DNA of 64,000 nt, taken from Octopus sinensis. Taxonomy: Eukaryota. The notes below the pieces were generated by a model. The model was not told the origin of the DNA, made no database searches, and worked only from the letters and a program-made list of their open reading frames with translations. The translations under genes were made by a program, and so were the position numbers. Shown in pieces: positions 1-12,304 of the stretch; position 1 is the first letter of the stretch; each line of letters begins with the position of its first letter. The stretch is taken from NCBI RefSeq assembly GCF_006345805.1, contig NC_042998.1, positions 29,760,001 through 29,824,000 of the forward strand, given 5' to 3'.

Positions 1-540
1 CAACCGCTGAGTCTGGATGTGCATTCATCCATCTGTCGATGCTCTGTGTCGGGGTGTTGACCTGCTTTCACTTCTGCGGGTCTTACGAATAGCAAAGGAC
101 CACGTTTCGGACTTCTACCACTGGGACGAAGACCGCTTCGCTCAACAGCAACAGTAGAAACAGCGTTATTGTAAACTTTATTTCCCCAAATTCCTTGTGT
201 CCTGTTTAATTGCATCGGTCAGCAGAATCATAACTTCGAGTTAACTAGTTTGCATGTTAAATTTGATAGCTGAAACTCATTTGTATATTGTAACTGGTTG
301 TGTGTAAAATCCAGCCAGAAAGGACCCTATTCAGGAGGGGATTGGTGATTCTACTCCTACGTCCATTCCGGTAATAATGGTAGGAAAGGATGTTTTTATT
401 TTTGTTACTGTTGTCATTGTTGGGTAACCACACAGGAGCACAATCTAAATGGTTGTAGTTAACTATATCAATTCTGGTAGCTTAAATTTGGTATTGGAAA
501 ACAAGAGAAAATTGCAATATGTCCGTAGTACCGAAGTTGA

Positions 541-1020
541 TTCCCAAACATGACCAACTGAGAGGACATTATCCAACCATTTTGGCTTACGCCTGCTGGT
601 TGATTCGGGTCGAAGAATCCATCACGTGATTCTTTCCTGCTAGGTTTTAATATGTCCGTAGTACCGAAGTTGAAACCTATTTTAGAGAAATGGAAGCTTC
701 CAGGTTTCCGAGCCAGGCACCCTGTCGAGTAACACGACTCCAGAGATCCTTCAGAGAAATCCCATTTCGGTCGCTAGTATTCGTGGTCCTAATTTCTCTG
801 TCATTGTCCAACATTTATGATCATAGGATAGGTACGAAAACCGAAATGAAGATAGCGATTTCTTTCTTCCATGCCCCCTCCGTTTCCAAGGATCGAACTA
901 CTGCGTCAGATCTTGCAATTCTAGCATTCACTTCAAACTTTTGTCTTATCGCTCGTGAATAGGCCCTCAAGATACTTGAACTCTTCCTATCACTTGTCTC
1001 TGATATTCCAAACATGCCAA
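541..1020 (-). mobile_element. Decayed RTE-clade LINE fragment (end of RT and C-terminal region)
   Basis: Minus-strand frames with shifts and stops give EEFKYLEGLFTSD, ARIARSDAVVRSL, IFISVFVPIL, CWTMTEKLGPRILATEMGFL, RYYGHI and RKPKWLDNV, in the order expected for the RTE ORF C-terminus. Confidence 0.75.
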
Positions 1021-1035
1021 GCACAGAAACTTTGA

Positions 1036-1500
1036 GAAGGCCAATAAAAAATACATAGGTGAATTGACACGTAGTTTTTATAAATATACAATGTAAAAAT
1101 GTATTTCCTCGATTATATGAAAGGTAGAAAAATATAGAAATTCAAATCATATTTTAAGAAAAGGAAAACAAGAGAAAATTTACAAGGTGATTACCTTAAA
1201 AAAAAAAAGTCATTACTATTTTAGCAATCTCCAAAGTGGCATTAATGAGAAATTTGATCCATATCATGCAAGTTTATACTTAAACAATATCAATATGTAA
1301 TGCGCCATGTATTACAATTTATGAAGGCCAATAAAAAAGACATAGGAGGTGAATTGACACGTCGTTTTTATAAATATACAATGTAAAAATGCATTTCCTC
1401 GATTATATGAAAGATAGAAAAATACAGAAATTCAAATCATATTTTAGGAAAAGGAAAACAAGAGAAAATTTACAAGGGGATTACCTTAAAAAAAAAAAAA
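1036..1500. repeat. Direct duplication of about 175 bp (1036-1208 and 1323-1500)
   Basis: Two near-identical copies starting gaaggccaataaaaaa and ending ttacctt plus poly-A. Confidence 0.9.
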
Positions 1501-1533
1501 TCGAAACTGCTTTTTGTAAAACTCATGTAAACG

Positions 1534-2680
1534 AAATGAATTAGAAGTTCTTACTGCTTTTACGAGGGCGTATGTTTCTCAGCAGGGATTCAAGTGTGCC
1601 GTATACTAGAATATAAGCTAATGACTGGTTACACACATTCTTTTCATCACCAACTGAGATTTAAATGTTTAAAGAAAAATCAGGGAGGGAAAGAGTAGAT
1701 TCAATGGAGCCATTTGTTACAAACTGCGATGTTATTAGATTCTAATTTTCGCAGTTGTTATTGTTGGTAAATGAATGGCGTTGTCATGGAGTTCGCATTT
1801 TAATACGAACAGTAAGAAAAAGCAGTGTCTTTAAAATGTCAATTGCTACAATCGGCAAATGATATTCAACTTGCGTAAGGCGGCGAGCTGGCAGAAACGT
1901 TAGCACGCCGGGCGAAATGCTTAACAGTATTTCGTCTGCCTCTACGTTCTGAGTTCAAATTCCGCCGAGGTCGACATTGCCTTTCATCCTTTCGGGGGGG
2001 GGGGGCGATAAATTAAGTATCAGTTACGCACTGGGGTCGATGTAATCGACTTAATCCGTTTGTCTGTCCCCTCTGTGTTTAGCCCCTTGTGGGTAGTAAA
2101 GAAATAGATATTCAACTTGCATATGAGAAATTTATCTTTAAATAGATAAAAATTCGTTATTAAGTAGAACTAGGTGAAAAGTGCTCGGTACAAAAGAATA
2201 TATAAAATCAAACGTAGTTAAAACATGTGAAAGCCATTTAGATGGAATTTTTAATTTCAGTTGACAGGGCAACTCACCTTGTCAATTGTAAATGAATTAG
2301 AAGTTCTTACTGCTTTTACGAAGGCGTATGTTTCTCAGCAGGGATTCAATTGTGCCGTATACTCGAATATAAGCTAATGACTGGTTACACACATTCTTTT
2401 CATCACCAACTGAGATTTAAATGTTTAAAGAAAAATCAGGGAGGGGGGGAGTATATTCAATGGAGCCATTTGTTACAAACTGCGATGTTATCAGATTCTA
2501 ATTTTCGCATTAATTCGTTATTAAACAGCACTTCGTAGAAAGTGCTAGAGGTAGAACTAGGCGAAAAGTGCTCGGTACAAAAGAATATATAAAATCAAAC
2601 GTAGTAACAACATGTGATAGCCATTTAGATTGGAATATTTAATTTCAGTTGACAGGGCAACTCACCTTGTTAGTTGTAAC
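1534..2680. repeat. Tandem segmental duplication A-B-A'-B'
   Basis: A about 1534-1754 matches A' about 2290-2509; B about 2163-2290 matches B' about 2550-2680. SINE A is inserted only in the first copy. Confidence 0.85.
1879..2106 (+). mobile_element. SINE family A (tRNA-derived), full length
   Basis: Head ggcggcgagctggcagaaacgttagc (A-box-like), B-box-like gagttcaaattcc, 14-bp TSD gatattcaacttgc (1861-1874 and 2107-2120). Confidence 0.9.
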
Positions 2681-4972
2681 TATGTGTTGTCAATACGAGT
2701 TACCTTGATATTATGGGCAAACAATGAAGTCACAGCAGCGCGTTCGTTTATGGTAAAAAATACAACCTATTCATTGCCAAAAGTAAAACTATGAACAGTG
2801 AGAGTGACTGCAATGAAACGAGTTGATCACTGGTCACCATTCATCTACGGATATTTACAATGGTTATAGCTACAATGGTGTTGATGCCAATTAGTCCGGC
2901 ATTTATTAAGAACAAACAGATTGCTAAGATGTAAACATGCAAGCATTATCTATGAAAAAAATCATTTTTCGAAGTATTTTGTCGGAGTGTAAAAACAAAA
3001 ATCAGTATTTAAGATTTTATAAAATATTCTCAAATAGTTTATTTGTTACAAATGAATATTTATAAATGAATATTTACAAAAGTGAATCATTACAATTTGT
3101 TTCTACGAAGGCACTTTGAACCCTTTAATTAAAACCCGCTTAAATTCACGATTAAAAATAAAGTACAAATTTTAGGGTTCTGAGCCCTCTCAAGAAATAA
3201 AGTCTTCAAATAGAACAATCAACCGATTGGCATTTTCTGAAACCGTATCCACTTCACTTTTGGAATTTCTCCATTTATAAAATTCAGTCGTCGAGTCGAG
3301 AACGGATGTAAGACTTGTATTCAGGTGACTACATTTGAATAATTGAAATTATATTTAAAAATGAGTAAAAACATTTCGAATCGTGTGAAAATGACAAAGA
3401 GTTTTCAATTCCTGTTGAAAAACTTGATTATAAACATAACTGCATTCTAAGGTTGCATATATCTTAAAGAAAGCTTCTCGATCATCGTAACATTCCAAAT
3501 CGGCAAAATACAGGTCAGCAAATAAAACTTGTAAACTTATACCACAAAAGATATTTTGGTACATTTTATGCATTGTGACTTCTGAAAGACAATCGTTTCG
3601 TCGACGTACATACGGTGTATAATACTCGGTAATTGATTAACTCTGTTCTGTATGCGATTGTGGTAGAACAAATTTTGAAGTTATACAGATTGACCGCGTG
3701 GAAAGTTTAGGGGTTCCAATTATTTCTATAACGAGCGGATTTGGTTTCTCAAAACAAGATACATAAGTTTTCGAGTTCGTATGTGTAGGATTTTTTTGAC
3801 AAATACTTCCTCTAAGTGATTCCATTGAGGGAGTGCCGCTGACATTCTTTTCACTAGAATTGCAAATACCCATTTCTATTTGCTCGTTACTTGCTGCTGT
3901 ATTCCTCTTCAAGTACTCTTGCCATTTGACCGATAAAATATTTTGAAAAAGAAAAGACCGAAGGACACAAATTAAATTTAGCTGATTATAATTTAAATAA
4001 TACACATAAAAGTGAGCGGAACATGATTATCAGATTATCTTATTTACATAAAATTCGAAGCAGTAACAATCAGTTTAGTTAACTGGTAGACATGAAGTAC
4101 GTGTTCTCGACGGAAGAGTGCCACAGTGTAGTTTCGATTTTTAGTTGGATGTATTTCGTTGAAGTTTACGTTCCTATGTATTTCATAAATTGAATCTTTA
4201 TAATATATTTTACCCCGCTCTCATAAATACTTTTTTTTTGGGTCAACATAAACTAGAACGAAGAAAAAGAGTTCGTTAAGAGTTAATTGACCGTAATAAA
4301 AAAAAAATATTTATCGTTGAAGAAAAATATTGTTTTTCGAAATACCATGTGAACGTAAAAGTTAATGCGTGTTTCCCACCTCGTTATTGACAAAACAATA
4401 CATTATTTCGAATATGAGGACGAATATTGATTTCTAACAGGAACACGCTGACACATTTTAAAAGAGATATTGTCGATTATATCTGCATTAGTAATTGACA
4501 GGTTATCATTTTATAGAATTCGTAATGATGAGGCAAATGTCGATTTTGAGTGTATTGGAAAAAATATTGAAAATATTATAATGTGCAATTATCACTATGC
4601 ATTGGAGATAAATTTCGGGAGTCCATTTCTGCATTGCATGTTACGAGTGATAAAGTTTATTTATGGGCGTTCAAAAGCTACAATTTAATAAAGAATTGAC
4701 TATTATGATTGTAATATAAACTACATTAGACGTTATAAACATCGATTTGAGAGAGAATAAGAGGATCACTAACAGATTTGAAAACAGATGTCTATCACTG
4801 ATGACCGATCGGTAAGATATAAACTTGTGATTCGAGACGTAATATTTTACCTGCTTTTATTCTCTCTCGCAAACTGGTTGCCATAATGTTGAGTATTATT
4901 TAAAATCCGATTAATATTTCTTTCTACTTCTGGGGCCAGAAATTTTGGGTGAGTCGGCTAATCGAAATATTA

Positions 4973-5324
4973 GGATCTTTTCACTTTGACCGGCAGATTT
5001 TTAAAATAATTTCTTTGTAACTAAACACTTTTAAACTTCGTATACTGGTAGAATGTGTTACATAAAACATATTTTTCTCTTGGCTTTCTTGAGAAAATTC
5101 AAAGAACAGCAGAAATTGTATTCACCTCAATAGACGTCATTGATTGGTTGAAATTGCCGTAATGCAAGAAATTTAACAAGAAATTGCTTAAAAACTACAG
5201 AATTTTCTCAAAGCCAAGAGAAAAAGATGTTTTATGTAACACATTCTACCAGTATACGAAGTTTAAAAGTGTTTAGTTACAAAGAAATTATTTTAAAAAT
5301 CTGCCGGTCAAAGTGAAAGGATCC
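4973..5324. mobile_element. MITE with about 125-bp TIRs and 8-bp TSD
   Basis: Arms from ggatctttcactttgaccggcaga to tctgccggtcaaagtgaaaggatcc are reverse complements; flanked by aaatatta on both sides (4965-4972, 5325-5332). Confidence 0.88.
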
Positions 5325-5823
5325 AAATATTATTCAATAGACTAATTTATAAAGGACAACCTGTAGCTAGAAAATCTATGGGTGTCCTACTACCATTAAT
5401 CCAGCTTAGAGAAGAGGTGATAAACTTGATTTAGGGATGAGCGTTGATCTAGAAAATTTACGATTTTAATATTATGCTCAAAATGTATCAATAAACCGAA
5501 AGTATTTTGTTACCCCTTCTAAATCAGAAAATGACTACAATGCTATCATTTCTATGTAAATCATGAAAGGTTGATTGAATTTGCACGGTAATTATAGATA
5601 AAATAAATCGGTCGCCTACGCCAAATCCTAGGAAATAATTGTAATATCTTAATTGTTGATTCTGGATTTCCTTGTCAACTGACACACTAAAAATAATTAG
5701 AATATTTCTAGCTGTGAATATAACATAGTTTCATCCTGGAATATATTAGACATTTTTCATAGCAAATATAATTGCTTTGTTTCTCAGGACAGAAGACACC
5801 GAAGAGCTGTAAATTTCGATATT

Positions 5824-5964
5824 CTTTCGATATTCTAGGCAGAAGGCCCGAAATTTTGAGGGTGGGAGGCAGTCGATAAGATCGACCCTAGTACGCAACT
5901 GGTGCTTAATTTATCGACCCCGAAAGGATGAAAGGCAAGGTGCACTTTGGCACAATTTGAACTC
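5824..5964 (-). mobile_element. SINE A variant with alternative 3' tail, partial
   Basis: Core atcgaccccgaaaggatgaaaggc shared with SINE A; tail like the copies at 39728 and 49735. Confidence 0.7.
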
Positions 5965-6171
5965 TCTGTAAATCTCGATATTGCATTAGAAATAAAGAGA
6001 GTCAAATTGTACAGTGGTTAAGCAAAATATATTTCGCGGAGATGGACGAAAAGGTGTGTTGCTGAATTTCCCAAACATATTCCTTTATGCTTTTACTTGT
6101 TTCAGTTATTTAACTGCGGCCATGCTGGATCACCGCCTTTAGTCGAAGAAATCCACCTCAATTCTATATTT

Positions 6172-6332
6172 AAGAGATGAGGAATTATGTACATTATTTA
6201 CATTTGACGGATATTTGTCCTCATCTTGTTTGTTCTTAACACAGCATTTCAGCTGATATACCCTTCAGCCTTCATCAGGTGTCTTGGAGAACCCAGGTTC
6301 GAATTTTCCCCAAGACACCTGAAGAAGGCTGG
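6172..6332 (-). ncRNA. Hammerhead-bearing repeat family F1: degenerate minus copy plus an inverted partial plus copy
   Basis: Minus strand: gacac CTGATGA a ggctg-loop-cagct GAAA tgc t gtgtt, helix III mutated. Inverted arms 6265-6287 and 6310-6332. Confidence 0.6.
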
Positions 6333-8992
6333 ATGATGGTAATGTCGTTTGCGCACGCTGAAACCGACTCTCCACAACCTGGCAGTCTCGGGATGTCACC
6401 CAATTTTCACAGCAATGGCTCAAGAGCTATTACATACAAAAGCGTGGAGAGCGGACACCGTTGACGATCCGAGTGTTTGATACTGAACAGCTAAGGTAAA
6501 AAGCCGTTCATCTGAACTACAGAGTCGATGTTGTGATAAATTCGAAAGGTCCACCTGAGAAAGCCAAGACCCAGGCCAAACCGCGCCAGAGCGGACACCA
6601 GGTAATGATGGTCAACCCTATCAAAAGCCTTTGATTAATCTGAATGGACCATTGCCCCTCCTTTGCCAGAATCGTTATTAAACCCTTCTACAGTGTACTG
6701 TATAAGATGGAGTTTATCCTGGATGGATCTACCGGGGACGGCACTTGTCTGTGCCTTCCCGATCAAGCCAAAATCTTCAACTCTGTGTTTGGCAGAGCGA
6801 TGGGCCGAAAATTATTAATGTAATCCCCCTTGTTCGGGTCCTTTCTGATAAGCGTCACCACTCCCCGGTGCACAGATCTGGGAATAAACCCATTCTGCTG
6901 CCATTTCGTGTAGACATTCGCCAGCAAGTGCCCGAACATGTCTGGCATACTTTTATACAGTTCATAGGGTAGACCATCGAGTCTCAGCACCTTACGCGCG
7001 CCGCAGTCCACCATAGCCTCAATTACCTGCTCAGGCCTAATCGGCTCTTCACGACGCTACGCGACCAGCCCCTATAGGCGCAGCAGCTCGACGAGGAAGT
7101 CCGATATGTGTCTCCTACTATCCGGTCCGCCGCCCCTACTGAACAGCTGGGCGAAGTGCTCCTGAAAGACCTCAAACATCTTCTCGGGCTTGTTTATTAA
7201 CTTACCTCGTTGGTTCGTCAAAGATCGAATTATGCCATCGTTACCACGTTGGGCTTCCACCACTCGGGCCCATCCCGCGCCCTTGATTCCCTCACAACCC
7301 AATGCATGAATCCTAGCTCTGGCAATGCAATTCCTATGTTAGGCTTCAAGGTGCTGGTTTAACGCCACCTGAGCTGCAGAGCCAGATTCCATTGCTTCCT
7401 TTAATCCTTAGCTAATGCTAATCCCTTCCTAATCTCTCTAGCCACTAAACCTGTGCTATATCTAATAGACTCAAATTTAATGGCTCACTTGAGGGCATAC
7501 CACCATTTGTTATTAATAACAGATCTGGTTAGTGCCCTCTGAATCGAATAACTTTAATCCGGTCTCTTTACTCCTTAATCGCCAAAAGGGACGTATTAAA
7601 TTTCCAGTAACCGGATCCTCTATTATACAACTTATCTATGTCGAGCGTATAGATGACCAATTTATGATAACTGTAGCTGACCGGGAAAAACTGTGGATAG
7701 CAGTTCCAGGAAGCAAACATTGCCTCTTCTATCAGAACACGAGCCAACATAATCTGCGCGTGCCTCGCAGATTGTTTTATAGTCTCCTAGCACAACTAGA
7801 GGATACTGGTGTGTTGGGGGAGAAATAGTGGTGGGGAGGGATAGTTTGAGTTTCGTGTGTGTCTGTTGATGGAGTTTTTTTCGTGTTTTCAAGCTGGATG
7901 TTGAGGGGGTGGGATTGGGGTTCTTCCTTTTTTGTTAATTTCTTCCTTTTTACCATAGACCATCCGTCTTCACTCCCAGCTGGGAGCCTGCTGGTCGGTC
8001 TTCTGTGTATCTGTCTCTTCTGCGTCCTTTCTTTGGACCGTCTCCACCTTACGGGTAGGACAGTTTTCCCGAATGTGGCCTTTCTCTCCATATTCGAAGC
8101 ACCGGGGTCTTCTCCCCTTCACCATTACCCGTAAGGTGGTTTCTTCTCCGGCGTGTATGTTCTCTGCAATCATTATTAGGGTCTGTGGCGCTGCTTGGAT
8201 AATGACCTCGAGGCCTTGCTCCTTCCAGTTCTGCTGGTGTATTTTTAAGGCCTCTAATATCGTTATTTCTTCTTCTATTCCCATTAGTAGGGCTGGGAGT
8301 AGCCACGATACGTTTATTTCTGACGGGATCTCTTCTTCGAGATTTTGACGTGCGCCAGCCTAAGTATGTTAACAGCAATACAACGTCCGTAGTTTTCAAT
8401 GGTTGTACTGAGTGTGTTTTCACTTTTGAAATACACTACAACCATGGCAAAGTGTTTGCCTCTGGTCAGATATTCTATGTACTGCCAGATCGGCTGTAGA
8501 CATTTTTCTATAGCTTTCTTTGGTACTTTGTCTAGTTTCTTATCCTTCACAACATGATTTTTAAATACGAATATTTTTCGCGGTTTTTTCTATAATTTCA
8601 CACGGGAGGGTGGCTTTTACGTCGTATCCCTCCTTTACAAATATGTTTTGGTGTTGCATTAGTACATTTTTGTCAATACATAGCTTTTCTTTTTTTCACT
8701 CCAGCCGCAGCTGCAAAATTAAACTTTTTTACCTGTTAGACAAGTTTTTCTGCCGTCGGCATACTTAATATTTCACAGTTGCTTTCACAGTTTTTTTTTC
8801 TCTACAGAGGAAGTATTCATTTTTAACAAAATAAAATTATATTTTCCCCCCTCACAGACGGGAATAAAAGTTCACTCCGTCTGCCACACGCAGAACGGTA
8901 TTAAACACAACAATGAAAGAATTCAGCAACATCAATTTCAACGCTAACCCCCAAGCAAAGAATACACCACAGAATTAATCACACGTAACAAA
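6333..8992 (-). mobile_element. L1/Tx1-clade LINE, decayed: 5' UTR, ORF1, end of APE endonuclease, RT truncated after the YADD-equivalent motif
   Basis: ORF1 pieces (8314-8550; 7970-8284 with knuckle CFEYGEKGHIRENC), EN end SYHKLV...GSGYWKFNTSLL (7568-7750), RT DGLPYELY...FRPIALPNTELKILA (6763-7014), then SKAFDRVDH, RCPLSTLLYVIALEPLL and VSACANDIT. Confidence 0.92.
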
Positions 8993-9044
8993 ACTGCTAA
9001 GCATTTCGCCCGGCGCGCTAACGTATCAGCCAACTCGCCGCCTT
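8993..9044 (-). mobile_element. SINE A, 5' head only
   Basis: Reverse complement of aaggcggcgagttggctgatacgttagcgcgccgggcgaaatgcttagcagt; directly abuts the L1/Tx1 5' end. Confidence 0.8.
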
Positions 9045-9173
9045 CTACATTATATATTAATAATGACTTAACTCTTATATATTTCCAGGAAGCACATTGA
9101 AATAAGATGTAAACAACTCAGTCGTTCAAACACCTACCAATACTCGCACACACACACGCGCATATTTTGTTTA

Positions 9174-9440
9174 TCTTTTACTTGTCTCAGTCATTAGGCT
9201 GCTGCCATGCCGAGGCACCATGATAAGAATTTTTAATATAATGTATAGACCACAGTACTTTTATTAACATCTTAGTACTTATTCTATCGGGCTCTCTTGC
9301 CGAACCGCTATGTTATAGGGGACGTAAGCACACGTGCACCGGTTGTCAAGCGGTAGAGTGTGGGACAAAGAGAGGCACAATGGCACACACACACACACAC
9401 GCACACACACAGATATACATCTACATATGTACAAAGGTCT
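9174..9440 (-). mobile_element. SINE family B, 3' half, degenerate
   Basis: tcttttacttgtctcagtcatt...gccgaaccgcta...(CA)n pattern of family B. Confidence 0.7.
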
Positions 9441-9534
9441 TCCTATACACACACACATTGTTCAACAGCTAATGATTTAAGTAAATTTGCTATTGATTCC
9501 TAATAATAAAGAAATAAATGCTATTCTGTATTTT

Positions 9535-9657
9535 TGAGATGAGGAATTATGTACATTATCTACAATGGACGGACAGATATCCTCACCTTGAAATTCCACC
9601 AGAACACCTGATGAAGGCTGGAGAGTACATCAGCCGAAACGTCCATTGTAAATAATT
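9535..9657 (+). ncRNA. F1 hammerhead-bearing repeat with internal inversion
   Basis: CTGATGA 9608-9614, stem II ggctg/cagcc, GAA, ACGT, C at 9643. The 3' strand of stem I is replaced by an inverted copy of 9555-9570. Confidence 0.6.
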
Positions 9658-9794
9658 TACCTTTCATGTTCCGGCGTCGATCAAATAAGTACATGTGGAG
9701 CACTGGGGTCGATGTAACCAACTAACCCTCCACCTCCCCTAAAAAATCCTGGTATTGTGTTGACAGCGGTTAGTCTGCATTACTCCCAAAGGAG

Positions 9795-9998
9795 GGCCAG
9801 CTTCTATAGTGTATATATTCCTTCCCTGGACGGGACGTTGTTGCGGCCCAGAATTACTGATTTTTACCAGCTGAGTAGACTGGAGCAGAGTGAAATGAAA
9901 TGTTTTGGCCAAGAACACAATTCATTACTCAGGTAATCGAAACCAAAATCTTGTGATCATGAGTCCAATACCCGAACCACTAAGCCATGCATCTTCAC
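9795..9998 (-). mobile_element. SINE family D (tRNA-derived), degenerate
   Basis: Matches the 18595 and 45984 copies (ctggacgggacg, aaccactaagccatgc). Confidence 0.75.
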
Positions 9999-10035
9999 TA
10001 GTGCCTACTGTACAAGGAATCGTTGTTAGTGCTAA

Positions 10036-10725
10036 GGCAGCAGGCTGGCAGAAACGTTAGAACGTCGAGCAAAATGCTTAGTGGTATTTCGTCTGCCGTT
10101 ACGTTCTGAGTTCAAATTCCGCCGAGGTCGACTTTGCCTTTCATCCTTTCGGGGTCGATAAATTAAGTACCAGTTACGCATTGGGGTCGATGTAATCGAC
10201 TTAATCCGTTTGTCTGTCCTTGTTTGTCCTCTCTGTGTTTAGCCCCTTGTGGGTAATAAAGAAATAGGTATTTCGTCTGCCGCTACGTTCTGAGTTCAAA
10301 TTCCGCCGAGGTCGACTTTGCCTTTCATCCTTTCGGGGTCGATAAATTAAGTACCAGTTGCGCACTGGGGTCGATGTAATCGACTTAATCCGTTTGTCTG
10401 TCCTTGTTTGTACTCTCTGTGTTTAGCCCCTTGTGGGTAGTAAAGAAATAGGTATTTCGTCTGCTGCTACGTTCTGAGTTCAAATTCCGCCGAGGTCGAC
10501 TTTGCCTTTCATCCTTTCGGGGTCGATAAATTAAGTACCAGTTACACACTGGGGTCGATATAATTGACTTAATCCGTTTATCTTTCCTTGTTTGTTCCCT
10601 CTGAGTTTAGCCCCTTGTGGGTAGTAAAGAAATAGGCATTTCCTCTGTCACTAAGTTCTGAATCCAAATTCCGCCGAGACCGACTTTATTTTTCGACTTC
10701 CCCATTTCAGGCCTTGTATCTATAA
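10036..10725 (+). mobile_element. SINE A head followed by about 3.5 tandem 184-bp body units
   Basis: Units start at ggtatttc or ggcatttc at 10083, 10267, 10451 and 10635. Confidence 0.92.
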
Positions 10726-11189
10726 TATAAAGAACTGTTATTCTGATGGTTGTTGTTATTGTTGTTAATATAGGTTATATACTTTCTCTTCTGAATATTT
10801 TAAGATATTGATATATTAGCATTAATGCGATCCGAGTAATTTTGAAATTGCTCAAAGCTTTCCGGAATATGCGAGTAACCTGTCACACTTTCATTGTAGT
10901 TCAGAATGCTACTGCAGGGCTTTAAAGATTATCACTGAAGTTTGAGAAACCCGCTAAATATAGCCCGTCCCAGTAGCGTACTTTTATATCTATATTTAAT
11001 ATTTATTACCTTATTTTCTTCAACCTTATTTGTTTTACATCCTCGTTACTCCTTCATTCTTATATTTCTATGACTATGTGGACGTATATATATATATATA
11101 TATATATCATAAGTATGTTTATACCAATAAGTATGAGCTTACTTTTATTTATTTTCTATTAATTGTTTTTATTTATTATTATCTGTTAT

Positions 11190-12241
11190 TAGTTTTCTTT
11201 TGATTTCTGTGGTCTCTCTGCGACCTCCTTGTTCTGTTTACTTTCATCTTTTATCGATTGCTCGCTTCGTCATTATTAGATTTTTGTTTTTCATTTTAGG
11301 TTGGAGCGTGCTCCTTTGCTATATAAGGGCAACATTTCAATTGATTTTGAATTTCGATACTTTTTCATCTGACAAAATGATTGATCGATTATTCGTTATT
11401 AAAACGTATGTAATGAAATTCCCGATATAGCAATAACGATTTTGTTCTTCTTTTCAATGATAGGTGGGTTTTGCTACTCTGCAAGTAACTCCAACACGTA
11501 CGTATGACGCCTTATACACTGTATTACCTGATCAAGGGATTTTTAATATAAGTGGAAAATGAGCCCTAATTGCTGGAGTAATTTGACACGCATTCTGCGT
11601 TCTTGAACCTCACCTCGAAGGTTCCAAACTTCTTCCGTCTGGCTAGGTATGTTATGTCCTGCCAGATGAGTTTTAAACATTTAAAAAATTTTTGCTCACA
11701 TATCTTGTCAATTTTTCGAGCTTTTAAGCAGAATGTCTTAAAAATAATAATTTTCCTTTTTACCTCCGTTAATTCTTCTTGTATTTCCACCTTCACCACT
11801 CCATCTCGTTCTGTTACCATTTCCTTGTATTTTAATAATTATTTTTTGTCAGTTGACAGCTGTCGCGTTCCACTCCCAGCTGCTGACGCAAAACTTTTTT
11901 CTTTCTTAATTTTGAATGCTCTTTGTCTTTATGTTTCTTTTGGTAATGCAGGAAATTCACTTTCCGAAACGTCAGAAATGTTATCAAAAATTAAACTTTC
12001 TATCTTCCTCGCATTCCGTTTGGTCGATGAATCTTCACTCGACGAAGACACACTTTTCGGCATCTTGCCGGCAATTAATGTTATCCCCAGCAGGGGAAAA
12101 CAACAGATAGCTTTCGAAAGAAAACTATAATACAATTTTTAAAAATAAGTCCAACAATAGGCACAGCAAGAGGTATAACGATATAACAATTAACAGAAGC
12201 TTACTTTACAAACTCACTCCAACAATAAATTTTCAATAGCA
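11190..12241 (-). mobile_element. Second L1/Tx1-like 5' fragment (ORF1 only, with stops)
   Basis: Near-continuous minus frame MPKSVSSSSEDSS...CLKLIWQDITYLARRKKFGTFEVRFKNAE resembles CLQPIWQYIEYLTRGKHFAMVVVYFKSEN of the first element. Left boundary uncertain. Confidence 0.65.
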
Positions 12242-12304
12242 GGCAGACGAAATACCGCTAAGCATTTCGCCCAGCATGCTAACGTTTCTGCCAGCTCGCC
12301 GCCT
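12242..12304 (-). mobile_element. SINE A, 5' head only
   Basis: ggcagacgaaataccgctaagcatttcgcc...ccagctcgccgcct, directly upstream of the second ORF1 fragment. Confidence 0.8.

Noticed and set aside
92-140. Hammerhead-like skeleton on the minus strand (gcgaag/ctttgc stem, GAAAC-GTG-GTC)
   Set aside because: The UGANGA core strand is absent, so it was not counted as a ribozyme.
516-673. 25-bp direct repeat separated by 108 bp as a CRISPR array
   Set aside because: Only two copies, both part of an RTE remnant, in a eukaryotic context with no cas genes.
3637-4005. 122-aa minus-strand ORF (and 3355-3573) as a gene
   Set aside because: No recognisable domain and no convincing splice or start context.
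4790-4835. ctgatga motif within a short inverted-repeat context
   Set aside because: No GAAA after a credible stem II, and position 17 would be G.
11603-12130. 175-aa plus-strand ORF
   Set aside because: Antisense shadow of the minus-strand Tx1-like ORF1.
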